Under the pieces are notes generated by a model. It did no database searches. It was not told the DNA's origin and saw only the letters and a list, made by a program, of their open reading frames with translations. Below are positions 47,885 through 57,900 of a DNA stretch of 64,000 nucleotides, in pieces (positions within the stretch are counted from its first letter, which is position 1; each line of letters starts with the position of its first letter). The position numbers were made by a program, and so were the translations under genes. Location of the stretch: the IMG/VR virus record IMGVR_UViG_3300031994_000025, positions 1 to 64,000 of that record, one strand, 5' to 3'. The DNA is from a virus (taxonomy: Duplodnaviria > Caudoviricetes).

Positions 47885-48958
47885 ATGGCAACAAAGAGAA
47901 ACAACGGAGGCCAGCAGAAGAAGCGTGGCTTCCAGATGAACGACAAGCAGAAGGCGAAGTATGCCGAGTTATTTACTAATGCGCTCGACGCTATGGAGGA
48001 CGCACAGTGGACGAAGCCGTGGGTAGCGCCACGGCACATGGAGCCCGCGAACTATCAGCGCAGGAGCCGACCCTATCGAGGGATGAACAACTTCATCCTG
48101 ACCCTGCTGTGCGCTATCAAGGGGTGGGAGACACCGCTGTTCCTCACCTTTGAGCAACTTACCGACATGGGGCTATCGCTCAATATGATGACGGACGAGG
48201 AGGGCAATGTGGTGCTGAAGGACAACGGGATGCCGCTGTTCGAGGGCAGCTTTCCGGTGGTGAAGATGCTGCCTCACTTCTATAAGGACGGCAAGCGGCT
48301 CACACCAAAGGAGTATGACGAGCTGGACGAGGAGGAGCAGGAGAAGTGCCGCAAGTTCTTCAGCATGAGAGCCTGGCCGGAGTTCAACCTATCGCAGACG
48401 GACTTCAAGGCGAAGTTCCCCGAGAAGTGGGAGGAACTGACCAGTCTGCCTGAGCACGACTATCAGGCAGGCACCAAGGACGAGGTGCTGGAGCGGATGA
48501 TCATGCAGGGCGAGTGGCGCTGCAAGATTCTCTTCGGCGGTCATTCGTCGCACTACAGCCCCTCGGAGGACATCATCCGTCTGCCGGAGCGCAGCCACTT
48601 CCTCGGCGACCAGCTGTTCTATTCGACGGCTATTCACGAGATGGCGCACTCTACGGCGGGCGAACTGAAGCGTGACATGGGCTCTGAGGGCTTCGGCTCT
48701 GAGGGCTATGCCCGTGAGGAGTTCGTGGCTGAACTGACGGCGGCGTGCGTATGCTCGATGCTCGGCATCGGGCGACTGCTGGACGAACAGCATATTGCCT
48801 ACGTGCAGAACTGGCGGCAAGCTATCCGCGACGACAAGGACTTCATCCCGCAGGTCATCGACCATGTGCAGCGGGCCACGAACTACATCCTTCGCCGCTA
48901 CGACGAGGTGAATAAGGCTATGCACCCGCTGATGCTGCCTATGCCGATGGCGGCGTAG
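47885..48958 (+). CDS. ardC: ArdC-like antirestriction protein (ssDNA-binding domain plus zincin MPTase)
   Basis: W.KPW, PYRG.N, TF.Q, Y.P..D.I.LP, HEMAHST, YAREE.VAEL. Confidence 0.9.
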   Translation: MATKRNNGGQQKKRGFQMNDKQKAKYAELFTNALDAMEDAQWTKPWVAPRHMEPANYQRRSRPYRGMNNFILTLLCAIKGWETPLFLTFEQLTDMGLSLNMMTDEEGNVVLKDNGMPLFEGSFPVVKMLPHFYKDGKRLTPKEYDELDEEEQEKCRKFFSMRAWPEFNLSQTDFKAKFPEKWEELTSLPEHDYQAGTKDEVLERMIMQGEWRCKILFGGHSSHYSPSEDIIRLPERSHFLGDQLFYSTAIHEMAHSTAGELKRDMGSEGFGSEGYAREEFVAELTAACVCSMLGIGRLLDEQHIAYVQNWRQAIRDDKDFIPQVIDHVQRATNYILRRYDEVNKAMHPLMLPMPMAA

Positions 48959-49007
48959 AGACAGAGTAACGGGTTTTTAAGACAGAGTAACAAAATAACA
49001 AACAACT

Positions 49008-49358
49008 ATGGCAAACTATATCGACACGATGGTGCGCAGCATATCGGACAGTTTCAACCGCAGCAAACTAAAGATTATCCGCGACAACCTGGGGCTGAAC
49101 CCTAAAGACGGGAAGTATTGCATAAGCGGGGACTTGGGCTATATTTCTTTAAGGCTCTTCTACTGCGGCGCGGAGGTCAGGCAGTACGACAACGGCAAGG
49201 TGTTCGTGTACTTCGACTACGACGACAGCGTGGGGGCGTGGGGCGGCTATACCCACAAGTACGAGGTGAAAGACCTGGACGTGTTCAAGTCGCCCAGATG
49301 GAAGAGTATCATCAAGAGCGAGGGCGTAAAGGCTTCGCCGGATGTGATAATGATCTAA
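49008..49358 (+). CDS. hypothetical protein
   Basis: ORF in operon. Confidence 0.7.
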   Translation: MANYIDTMVRSISDSFNRSKLKIIRDNLGLNPKDGKYCISGDLGYISLRLFYCGAEVRQYDNGKVFVYFDYDDSVGAWGGYTHKYEVKDLDVFKSPRWKSIIKSEGVKASPDVIMI

Positions 49359-49370
49359 AACGAAACGACT

Positions 49371-49640
49371 ATGGACAGTACACATGGAATGAAGGGCTGG
49401 ACTATAGCCCAGATGGAACGGATGCACCGCCGTATGAACCCGCCGCAGACTGGACGCTACAAGGTGGGCGACAAGGTGCTGGTGCGCAGTTCGTATTACG
49501 GATGCGTCATCAGGACTGAGATCATCGCCTGCTACGACAGCGGCAAGTACGACGTGAGGACGCCGCGCAGCAAGTGGAATATGACCGACAGAAGCTCTTT
49601 CGAGCGAATCGGTGAGGACAGAATAATCGAGAAACTATAA
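49371..49640 (+). CDS. hypothetical protein (SH3/KOW-like)
   Basis: YKVGDKVLV. Confidence 0.65.
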   Translation: MDSTHGMKGWTIAQMERMHRRMNPPQTGRYKVGDKVLVRSSYYGCVIRTEIIACYDSGKYDVRTPRSKWNMTDRSSFERIGEDRIIEKL

Positions 49641-49654
49641 ACAACGAAACGACT

Positions 49655-50275
49655 ATGGCAGAAGAGCTATTCACAAGGAAACAGATGGAGAACGCGGTGA
49701 TGCTGGCCGCCGACCTCTATCAGCAGATGTATAACAGCCCTGAGACCGACGGCGGTGCGTTGGAGGTGGCGGGGGTTATCATTGAGGAAGCGGTGCAGAT
49801 GGAGACGTGGCTCGTCGGGAAGTATGGAGAGGACGACGAGGAGTATCTGGACCGACTGGAGGAGTATGAGGCAATGGTGGTGCAGAAGTACGACCTGCGG
49901 TTGCCGCAGGTGACGGAGCCGAAGGAGGTGGAGTTCTTCTCTATTGAGGACGACGGACAGGGCGGCAAGCAGATACACGTATGGGGCTACACCTATACCG
50001 AGGGCGACGACCAGGGCGATGGGCCGTGGCGCAACGTGGAGTACACGGGATTCATCGAGCCGCTGCAGGAGTTTATCGACCACCTGAACGCCGAAGAGAA
50101 CTATGTGGACAACTACGCATCGCTACTGACTCAGTACATCGGCGACTACTACGACGACGGCATTGTGGACATCATCAACCACTACTTCAACGGCGAGACG
50201 GCCAACGACGTGCTGCGCTACTCTGATATTACTATCGACACCCCTTGCGGGGACTATATGTTTGAAACCAAATGA
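49655..50275 (+). CDS. acidic hypothetical protein
   Basis: D/E-rich 206-aa ORF. Confidence 0.75.
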   Translation: MAEELFTRKQMENAVMLAADLYQQMYNSPETDGGALEVAGVIIEEAVQMETWLVGKYGEDDEEYLDRLEEYEAMVVQKYDLRLPQVTEPKEVEFFSIEDDGQGGKQIHVWGYTYTEGDDQGDGPWRNVEYTGFIEPLQEFIDHLNAEENYVDNYASLLTQYIGDYYDDGIVDIINHYFNGETANDVLRYSDITIDTPCGDYMFETK

Positions 50276-50284
50276 CGAGAGGCT

Positions 50285-50671
50285 ATGGATAAGAAAGATT
50301 TCTATGCAGACATCAAGGAGCTGCACAAGAACATCGTGGCTGAGATGGTGGCTATGATGGTGGAACACGGCGTGAAGGAGGTAGACCTGCTGGGCAGCGA
50401 CTGCGACCATGCCTATGTCGTGGGCTATCCGGGCGACGGGGCCGACGTGATGGAGATGGAGGTGAGCAAGGTGTACTACCGCGACTGTCAGCTGATGCTC
50501 GACGTCATCCTCGACATCGACACCGAGGAACTGGCCGAGCAGAACGAGAACGGCGACATCGGCGATGCCTACCAGTGCTGGGGTGCCAACGACTTCGAGC
50601 ACTTCAAGCCCTGCGCCGGTATCGAGATGGTGTATGAGAGCGTATGGCAGGTGTTGAACAAAAACAAGTAA
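50285..50671 (+). CDS. acidic hypothetical protein
   Basis: ORF in operon. Confidence 0.75.
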   Translation: MDKKDFYADIKELHKNIVAEMVAMMVEHGVKEVDLLGSDCDHAYVVGYPGDGADVMEMEVSKVYYRDCQLMLDVILDIDTEELAEQNENGDIGDAYQCWGANDFEHFKPCAGIEMVYESVWQVLNKNK

Positions 50672-50676
50672 CGACT

Positions 50677-51426
50677 ATGATTATCGAGTACAAGTTTACG
50701 ACCCAAGACGGTCGGGAGATTGAGGGGATGCGGACGGAACTGGACCGCAACTACCCGGACGAGGAACAGGCTCTGGTGCTTATCGCTGACGACGAGAGCG
50801 ACACGGGCGGCTACTTCGAGCTGAACCTGCGCAAAGACGAGGCGGGGCGGCTGACAGGCGGCGGTTACATGGCTGAGTATGACAGCGAGGACGACAGCGA
50901 GCCGGCGTATATCAACACGGATATTATGCTGGACGTGACGGAACACGACTTCGACGAGACGCTGCGCAAGGCCAACGAGACGCTGCGCCCCTTCGGCAAG
51001 CGTATCGTGGCGGACTACGACGGCGAGGGCTACTGGGCTATCGCCAGCACCGACATGGACGGCAGCAACCCGGACTACTATGCGGAGGGCGACTTCGAGC
51101 ATGAGGTGCAGGGCGACATCAACGAGTGCCTGGTGCATGTGCTGGCGAGGGTGAAGAACCCGGAGCAGTGCAAGGAACCTATGGAGAAGTACAAAGTGAC
51201 TATCATCTTCGGAGAGTATGCGGCCAAGGCTTATTGCAATGGCGGCGTGGAGGAAATGGCGGAACACATGAGCGAGGGCCAGCTGACGGTGCGCGAGTTT
51301 GACACCGAGGCAGAGCGACGAGCCTACATCATGGGCATCGACGACAGCGACGGGTGGCTGGGTGCCGCCGTGCTGAGCAAGGAGGATGCAGAGAGTGAGA
51401 CAGTGAAACAACTTTTAGACGAGTAA
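50677..51426 (+). CDS. acidic hypothetical protein
   Basis: C-terminal FDTEAER.AY..GI.D.DGW motif. Confidence 0.75.
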   Translation: MIIEYKFTTQDGREIEGMRTELDRNYPDEEQALVLIADDESDTGGYFELNLRKDEAGRLTGGGYMAEYDSEDDSEPAYINTDIMLDVTEHDFDETLRKANETLRPFGKRIVADYDGEGYWAIASTDMDGSNPDYYAEGDFEHEVQGDINECLVHVLARVKNPEQCKEPMEKYKVTIIFGEYAAKAYCNGGVEEMAEHMSEGQLTVREFDTEAERRAYIMGIDDSDGWLGAAVLSKEDAESETVKQLLDE

Positions 51427-51731
51427 ACATCACAGCCCCGCACGGATTAACCTACCCTTCGATGCGGATGCGGGGCACGAACTTACGATGGATGATGTAA
51501 GATGGAAGATGTCAGAGCACAATCCGCATGGCAACTTCAGCCATCAGCCATCAGACATGAAAAAGCGTTTCATAACTTGTAAATGCCCAAGCCGGGTGCT
51601 CCGGCTGGGCGAATTGATTTTGAATGTTGACTCAAGGCTCGCTTAATCGCAGCCTTGATGGATGCAGCCTGTCGGGATGACACGCTGCATCTTTTTAACT
51701 ACGATTATTTACCCCTAAAAGATATACGACT

Positions 51732-52673
51732 ATGGCATACAAATTTTCAGAACTGAACAAACTGGGCGACAAGTTTATGGCGGTGTTCGGCATCGGCTTC
51801 AAGCCGTTCTACGACGGGCTGATGTCGGTTGTTTCTAAGCAGCTGTGCATCGACACCCTGAAGTTCGACGAGTGGCTGCACGAGAAGCACGGCAACTATG
51901 AGGATGCGGGGCAGAGCATGGAAGACTGCATCCGTGAGCACTATGGCGACGAAGGAGTGAAACTGATAAACGAGGTGATTGGTGCGGACGGCGATGACGT
52001 TCCGCCTGAGCCTGAGCCGGAGAAGCCGAAGAGAAAGCCCAAGGCGAACGTGAAGATTACGGGGAAGACGGTCAACGAGCGGATTGCTATGGCGCTGCTC
52101 ATGCAGTGTGCTATTGTGTGGGAGCACTGCACGAAGCTCGACCGGAATGTGGCGAGCTGTGAACTGGGGTTCGCCGATGTGTGGAACGGCATGGGCGACT
52201 ACAAGATGTGGAAGAAATGTCCTATAGGGCAGATTGAGGTGGACGTGGACGAGTGCGAACATCCGGACGTGCTTATCCGCAGGATGAAGGCGACGGACGG
52301 CGTGGAGGACTTCAGATACGACGGACGCTGGACGATGGTGAAGCTGTTCGTCCAGACCGACGACCGCGACCCCAGGATGGGCTTCGGGTGCGGCTATCCT
52401 CTGGACGGTGTGTTCGGCGTGGCCCGCGACTTCTGTATGATGAATGCCTGCCAGTCGCTGCTGAACAAGACGGTGTTCGGCATGGACGGCAACGGCAAGT
52501 GGGCACGACTGCCGGAGGTGAAGACCGAGGGCAAGAGCAAGGCGGCTACTATTAAGAAAGCAAAGCCCAAGGCGAGGGCTGCTGTGGTACAGCAGCAGAC
52601 GGAACCTGCGGAGCCGACGTTTGCCGAAAGGCTGCGGGAGGCACTTCTGAAGCACTATAAGGCAGCGGCATAA
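51732..52673 (+). CDS. hypothetical two-domain protein
   Basis: 313-aa ORF ending in AAA. Confidence 0.75.
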   Translation: MAYKFSELNKLGDKFMAVFGIGFKPFYDGLMSVVSKQLCIDTLKFDEWLHEKHGNYEDAGQSMEDCIREHYGDEGVKLINEVIGADGDDVPPEPEPEKPKRKPKANVKITGKTVNERIAMALLMQCAIVWEHCTKLDRNVASCELGFADVWNGMGDYKMWKKCPIGQIEVDVDECEHPDVLIRRMKATDGVEDFRYDGRWTMVKLFVQTDDRDPRMGFGCGYPLDGVFGVARDFCMMNACQSLLNKTVFGMDGNGKWARLPEVKTEGKSKAATIKKAKPKARAAVVQQQTEPAEPTFAERLREALLKHYKAAA

Positions 52674-52702
52674 ACTTGAAACTTGAAACTTGAAACTTGA
52701 AA
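52672..52702 (+). repeat. heptamer tandem repeat (AAACTTG)4
   Basis: Directly visible. Confidence 0.8.
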
Positions 52703-52707
52703 CCAAT

Positions 52708-54111
52708 ATGAATTATTTTGCAAACTGTATGACCCACGAGCAGCTGGAGCAGGAGCACCGGCGGCTTGTAATAAAGATGCACCCGGACAGAAACGCTAAC
52801 GACCCGGAGGCAACGGCTAAGTTCCAGGAGATGCAGCAGCAGTATGAGGAACGCAAGGCGGAGCTGAACGGCGACTATACCAAGTCGGCAAGAGGGCGCG
52901 AGCGGAGAGAACGGGAGCGCCGGGAGCGAGAGGAACGGGAGCGCAAGGAGCGCGAACGCAACCGGCTGGCCGAGGTGCTGGAGCAGGCACGGAAGAACAA
53001 GACGAAGAGCCACAAGGCGATTAGCGTAGGCGACTTCATCTATGCACGACGGCTGAATACGCTGAACCTGACGAATGACTCCGGCGATGACGTGCTGCGC
53101 TGTGTGCTGAAGGACGGTGTGCAGGAAGAGACGGTGGTGATGGTGGAGTACATCGTGGAGTGCGACGACTTCTCGCTGATGAACGGCTCGCTGAGCAAGC
53201 TGATAGGCAGCATGGAGTCGGGTATTGTCTATGGTGGATGGGAAACCATACAGCAGGCCGACCCCGCCAGTGGCATCCGCAAGGCGAAGCGCGTGGCAAA
53301 GGTGGTGTTGTTTCGCTCGGATCGCTACTGCATGATGGGCAATCCGAAAGGCGACCCTACCATCCGCGACTATTACGTGATGCCTTACTACGAGGTGATG
53401 TTCAGCGACCAGTTGCACCGCATCAAGGCGCGGCTCGACCACGAGGCAGCGGAGAAGGCACGCATCGAGGCGGAACGCAAGGCGAGGATCGAAGCGGAGC
53501 AAAGGCCGCTGATAGACGAGTGGGCGCCGAAGCTGATCACTATCAGCCGGGGACTGACCGACGCGGAGCAGCAGACGGTGGCCGTGAGCAACCTGAAGGC
53601 GGTGCTGAAGGGGAAGTTCCCTGGGGTGACGTTCACCATCAAGACCAACCGCTACGGCGAGTCATCGGTGACATGGGAAGACGGGCCTACGGTGGAAGAG
53701 GTGGTCGTTGCCGCCGACCTCTTCAACGACTGGCTCCAGCTGACGGAGCCGACTCCCTGGCAGGAGTGCTTTGGACGGGTGACGGTCAACGCTGCCGACT
53801 TCAACCGCAAGATGAACGTGCTGACGAAGGCCCGCATCCTGCAGCAGCTGGGCGGCGTGACGGAGGCGTTCAGCCAGGGCGACATCGACGACGAGGTGAC
53901 AGTCAGCGACGACGACTGGACGATGCTGCACCTGATGGTGGGTGTGAGTGTCGGCGACGAGGGCGCTACGCTATGCCGCTCTACCATGCAGCCCGACGGC
54001 ACACGGCGGGTGCATATCGGCACGGCAGTCCGCTATGTGTTCGAGCGGACAAGCTATGTGAAGGCGAAGGTCACACGGAAATCACAGAAAGTACAGAAGC
54101 AGGCGGCCTGA
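52708..54111 (+). CDS. J-domain plus LPD29-like polyvalent protein
   Basis: HPD motif; NLK..LK.KFPGV.F.I...V.W.DGP. Confidence 0.75.
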   Translation: MNYFANCMTHEQLEQEHRRLVIKMHPDRNANDPEATAKFQEMQQQYEERKAELNGDYTKSARGRERRERERREREERERKERERNRLAEVLEQARKNKTKSHKAISVGDFIYARRLNTLNLTNDSGDDVLRCVLKDGVQEETVVMVEYIVECDDFSLMNGSLSKLIGSMESGIVYGGWETIQQADPASGIRKAKRVAKVVLFRSDRYCMMGNPKGDPTIRDYYVMPYYEVMFSDQLHRIKARLDHEAAEKARIEAERKARIEAEQRPLIDEWAPKLITISRGLTDAEQQTVAVSNLKAVLKGKFPGVTFTIKTNRYGESSVTWEDGPTVEEVVVAADLFNDWLQLTEPTPWQECFGRVTVNAADFNRKMNVLTKARILQQLGGVTEAFSQGDIDDEVTVSDDDWTMLHLMVGVSVGDEGATLCRSTMQPDGTRRVHIGTAVRYVFERTSYVKAKVTRKSQKVQKQAA

Positions 54112-54173
54112 GTAATCGGGTCGCCTGTCGGCGAGAAATTAACTAAAAATTTAATTAAAAATTATTCAAGACT

Positions 54174-54566
54174 ATGCGACACATTAAAGACATCTATCCG
54201 CTGGTGAACGAGGTGCGCCAGCGCATCATCGAGAAAATGAGAGCCGAGAACATCGTGCTCGTACAGTTCTGCCCTGTCAACGAGGATGAGTATTTGGAAG
54301 AGCACGAGGGCGAGGAACATGTGGAAAACTACGAGGACTTCCGCGACAACCACTGTCCGTATGTCATCTGGTTCGACAAGTACAACAGCGGCGAGGACTG
54401 CTGTGTATTCTCTGTCAGCTTCATCGACGGCGAACATCCGCGCTTCAAGATGCAGTGCGAAGGTGAGTATGACGGTCGTGAACTGTTCGACGACGACGTG
54501 GCGCAGCTCACGATGCTCAACGTCTATGAGTGTTTGGAGAGGGAGTTGGGAATTGATAACGATTAA
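54174..54566 (+). CDS. acidic hypothetical protein
   Basis: ORF in operon. Confidence 0.7.
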   Translation: MRHIKDIYPLVNEVRQRIIEKMRAENIVLVQFCPVNEDEYLEEHEGEEHVENYEDFRDNHCPYVIWFDKYNSGEDCCVFSVSFIDGEHPRFKMQCEGEYDGRELFDDDVAQLTMLNVYECLERELGIDND

Positions 54567-54578
54567 AACGAAACGACT

Positions 54579-54845
54579 ATGGAACAGAAGAAACTGAACG
54601 TGGTAATCAGCGGGTGCTTCACGGAGAGCGCCATCGGACATTACGGAAGGACGGCAGCGCGTGAGGCCATCGTCGGCATGGGCTGCACGGTGAAGAGCGA
54701 ACTGAACAAATCGACGGACTATCTGGTAGTAGGCACGGCTAACGTACCGGGGCGCGGCGTTGGACCGGCCAAGCTGAAGATGGCCAAGGCACTCGACATT
54801 CCCGTGGTGACGCTCGACGAACTGAAGCGCCGCCTGGCGGCGTGA
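54579..54845 (+). CDS. stand-alone BRCT domain (ligase type)
   Basis: VVISG.F...R......G......KSTDYLVVG...G..KL..A..L.IPV. Confidence 0.85.
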   Translation: MEQKKLNVVISGCFTESAIGHYGRTAAREAIVGMGCTVKSELNKSTDYLVVGTANVPGRGVGPAKLKMAKALDIPVVTLDELKRRLAA

Positions 54846-54949
54846 GAAAACTTGCTCACGAACAATCTCCAGATTGGGTATAAGCAATCAGGAGATTGTT
54901 CGTGAATGATAGGAAATTGACAACAGACGAAATCAAAACAAGCGAGATT

Positions 54950-57900
54950 ATGAGTAAGTTACAACGGCTACGTGACAATATCGCGGCAATAGAGTATGCG
55001 CTGACTGGGAACGGCGACGCATCGGTGATGGATAAATACACGGGCTTCGGGGGGATGACGTTCGTGCTGAACCCGCTGGATAAGCCATGGAGCAAGAGCG
55101 AACAGATGTATGTGGACGACACCATCGAACTGCATACGCTGCTGAGAGACGCAAGCAATAGCGATAAGGAATATCAGGCATGGGTGGAGAGCCTGAAGGC
55201 GAGCACGCTGACGGCTTATTATACGCCGGAAGTATTGGTGGAAGCCATTATCGGTGCTATCTACGGCGAGGAGAAACATCAGGGCAGGATCAACTACAGC
55301 ACTCACAAGAAGGGCTGGATAAAGCCGAAGACGTTTCTTGACCCTGCGGCTGGCATGGGAGTATTTATGAGAGCCGTGTGCAGTCAGAACATTGCACTGA
55401 CGCAGTTCGGCTATTCGATGACGGCTTTTGAGAAGGACTTGCTGACGGGTATTTTTCTGAATCGCTGGGCTGGTCCACGCACTAATGTTCATGTCGCTGG
55501 CTTCGAGACTATCCCTGCATCTGAGCTGGGCAAGTATGACCTGGTGAGCACGAATGTTCCCTTTGGCGACATCCGCGTGTTTGATCCTGACTATACGAAC
55601 TCGAAGAGCCAGGTGCGCAGGGACGCGGCCCGCATGATCCACCGCTACTATGTGCTGAAAGGACTTGACTGTCTGCGAGAGGGTGGGGTGCTGGCGTATA
55701 TCATCACGAGCAACTACCTGAACCGCGACGGCGAGCAGATAGGTGAGGCACTGAAGCAGGCACGGCTCATCGGAGCGTATCGGTTGGCGAACAACCTGTT
55801 CAAGGAGAGCGGAACGGAGGTGGGCACCGACCTCTTAGTGATGCAGAAGGACTCGAAGCGAGGTGAACTGACGGAGGAAGAGACAATGCTGCTGACGCAA
55901 TATGAGGACGGCGGGTGCCCGACGAATATGTACTTCGACATGTGGCCGGAGCGAGTGATTGCTACGGCGTGGACGGTTGATACGGATGCCTATGGAAAGC
56001 GGGCATTTGTGTATCAGCACCGCGACGGTGTGCAGGGGATTGCACATCAGCTGGGCGAGGTGCTGTCGAAGGACCTGACAGAGAAGCTGAAGGCGACGGA
56101 GGGGGAAGATAGTGACCCCACCCCTGACCCCTCCCCTACAGGGGCGGGGAGCGGCTACCGCAAGAGCGAGCGCAAGGAGGAACGCAAGAGCGAGAAGCAG
56201 GAACAAGGCGGACAGTGGCAGGAGATAGACGCCAGAGCTATGTATTTGGTGGCCATCAACTACCACTATCAGGAGCTTTACAATAGCGAGGCTGCGAAGA
56301 TGGAGGAGAATGTGGATGCCCGCAAGCGGCTGAACGGGGCGTATGATAACTTCAGGGAGAAGTTCGGTCCGCTGAACAAATCCGAAAACTTGAAAGCCGC
56401 GAAGAAGCTGAAACTGAAGGAGCTGCTGACGCTGGAGATACTGGAGGACGGCGAGTGGCGCAAGGCTGACATCTTCAAGAAGCCGGTGGCTTTCTCGACG
56501 GACGAGATGCACAGCGTGACGGACGCTCACGAGGCGCTGGCACAGTCGCTCAATGACTACGGCAAGCCCGACGTGCGCTATATGGCTGCACTGACGGGGA
56601 AGAGCGAGGAAGAGATATGCGACGAGCTGGACGGGGAGATATACTATAACCCCCTGAGCGAGGAGTGGGAGATTAAGGCGCGGTTCGTCAGCGGGAATGT
56701 GATTGAGAAGATTGACGAGATTAAGCGGAAGTACCAGAACCTCGGTGGAACAGAGGCAGAGGAAGCGCGCGGAACGGCAGACGTGGCGAAACGGGGCGAC
56801 AGGACGGAGGCTTATATCCGCCGCTCGCTTGATGCGCTGAAGAAGTCGGTCCCTGAGCCTATCCCATTCGATGACCTGGACTTCAACCTGGGTGAGCGAT
56901 GGGTGGATACGAAGATTTACGAGGACTTTGCCTCAGAGTTCTTCTCGATGGAGGGCGACGAGTGGGGCAGTAAGGTGGAGGTGACGGTGAAGTATGACCG
57001 CAACCTGGACCAGTATGCCTGCGACAGCGACCGTGGCAACGAGAAAATATATACGCAGTATGCCGTGAGCAGCGAGGCGAGCCAGTCGCTCGACGGTATG
57101 GATTTGCTGGTGCATGCACTGCAGAACTCCTGCCCAAAGATGATGAAGTATCGCCGTGACGAGATGGGGCGCAAGATTAAGACCGCCAGCGGTAAGAGCT
57201 ATGAGAAGGACGAGGACCCGGAGGCTACGCAGAAGGCTAACACGCTCATCGAGGAAATCCGACAGGGCTATCAGGACTGGCTGCTCAGACAGCCCAAGGA
57301 GTTGCGCGACGGACTGGCTGATAAATACAACCGACTGTTCAACTGCCATGTGAAGCCGCAGTTCGACGGTTCGCACCAACGATTTCCCGGCATCGACTGG
57401 GCAGGGCTGGAGGCGAAGTACGAAATACCGCAGCCCGTGTATAAGGACGGCAAGAAGGTGAGCGGCGGCCTGTATAAGAGCCAGGAGGACTGTATCTGGA
57501 TGCTGACGATGCAGGGCGGCGGCATCTGCGACCACGAAGTAGGCAGCGGCAAGACGCTCATCATGTGTCTCGCCGCCCACGAGATGAAGCGACTGGGCTT
57601 CTGCCACAAGCCGATGATCATCGGACTGAAGGCTAACGTGGCTGCCATTGCCGAGACGTATATGACGGCTTACCCCAAGGCCCGCGTGCTCTACGCTAAG
57701 CACGCCGACTACTCAGGCAAGGAGCGCGAGAACTTCTTCAACCGCATGAAGAACAACGACTGGGACGTGGTGATCATGTCGCACGACCAGTTCGGCTTTA
57801 TCCCGCAGTCGGACGAGGTACAGGCCGACGTGATACGTGAGGAGCTGAACCACCTGAACGAGAGCCTGAGCGCACTGTATGGCTCGTGGGACAGCGTGTC

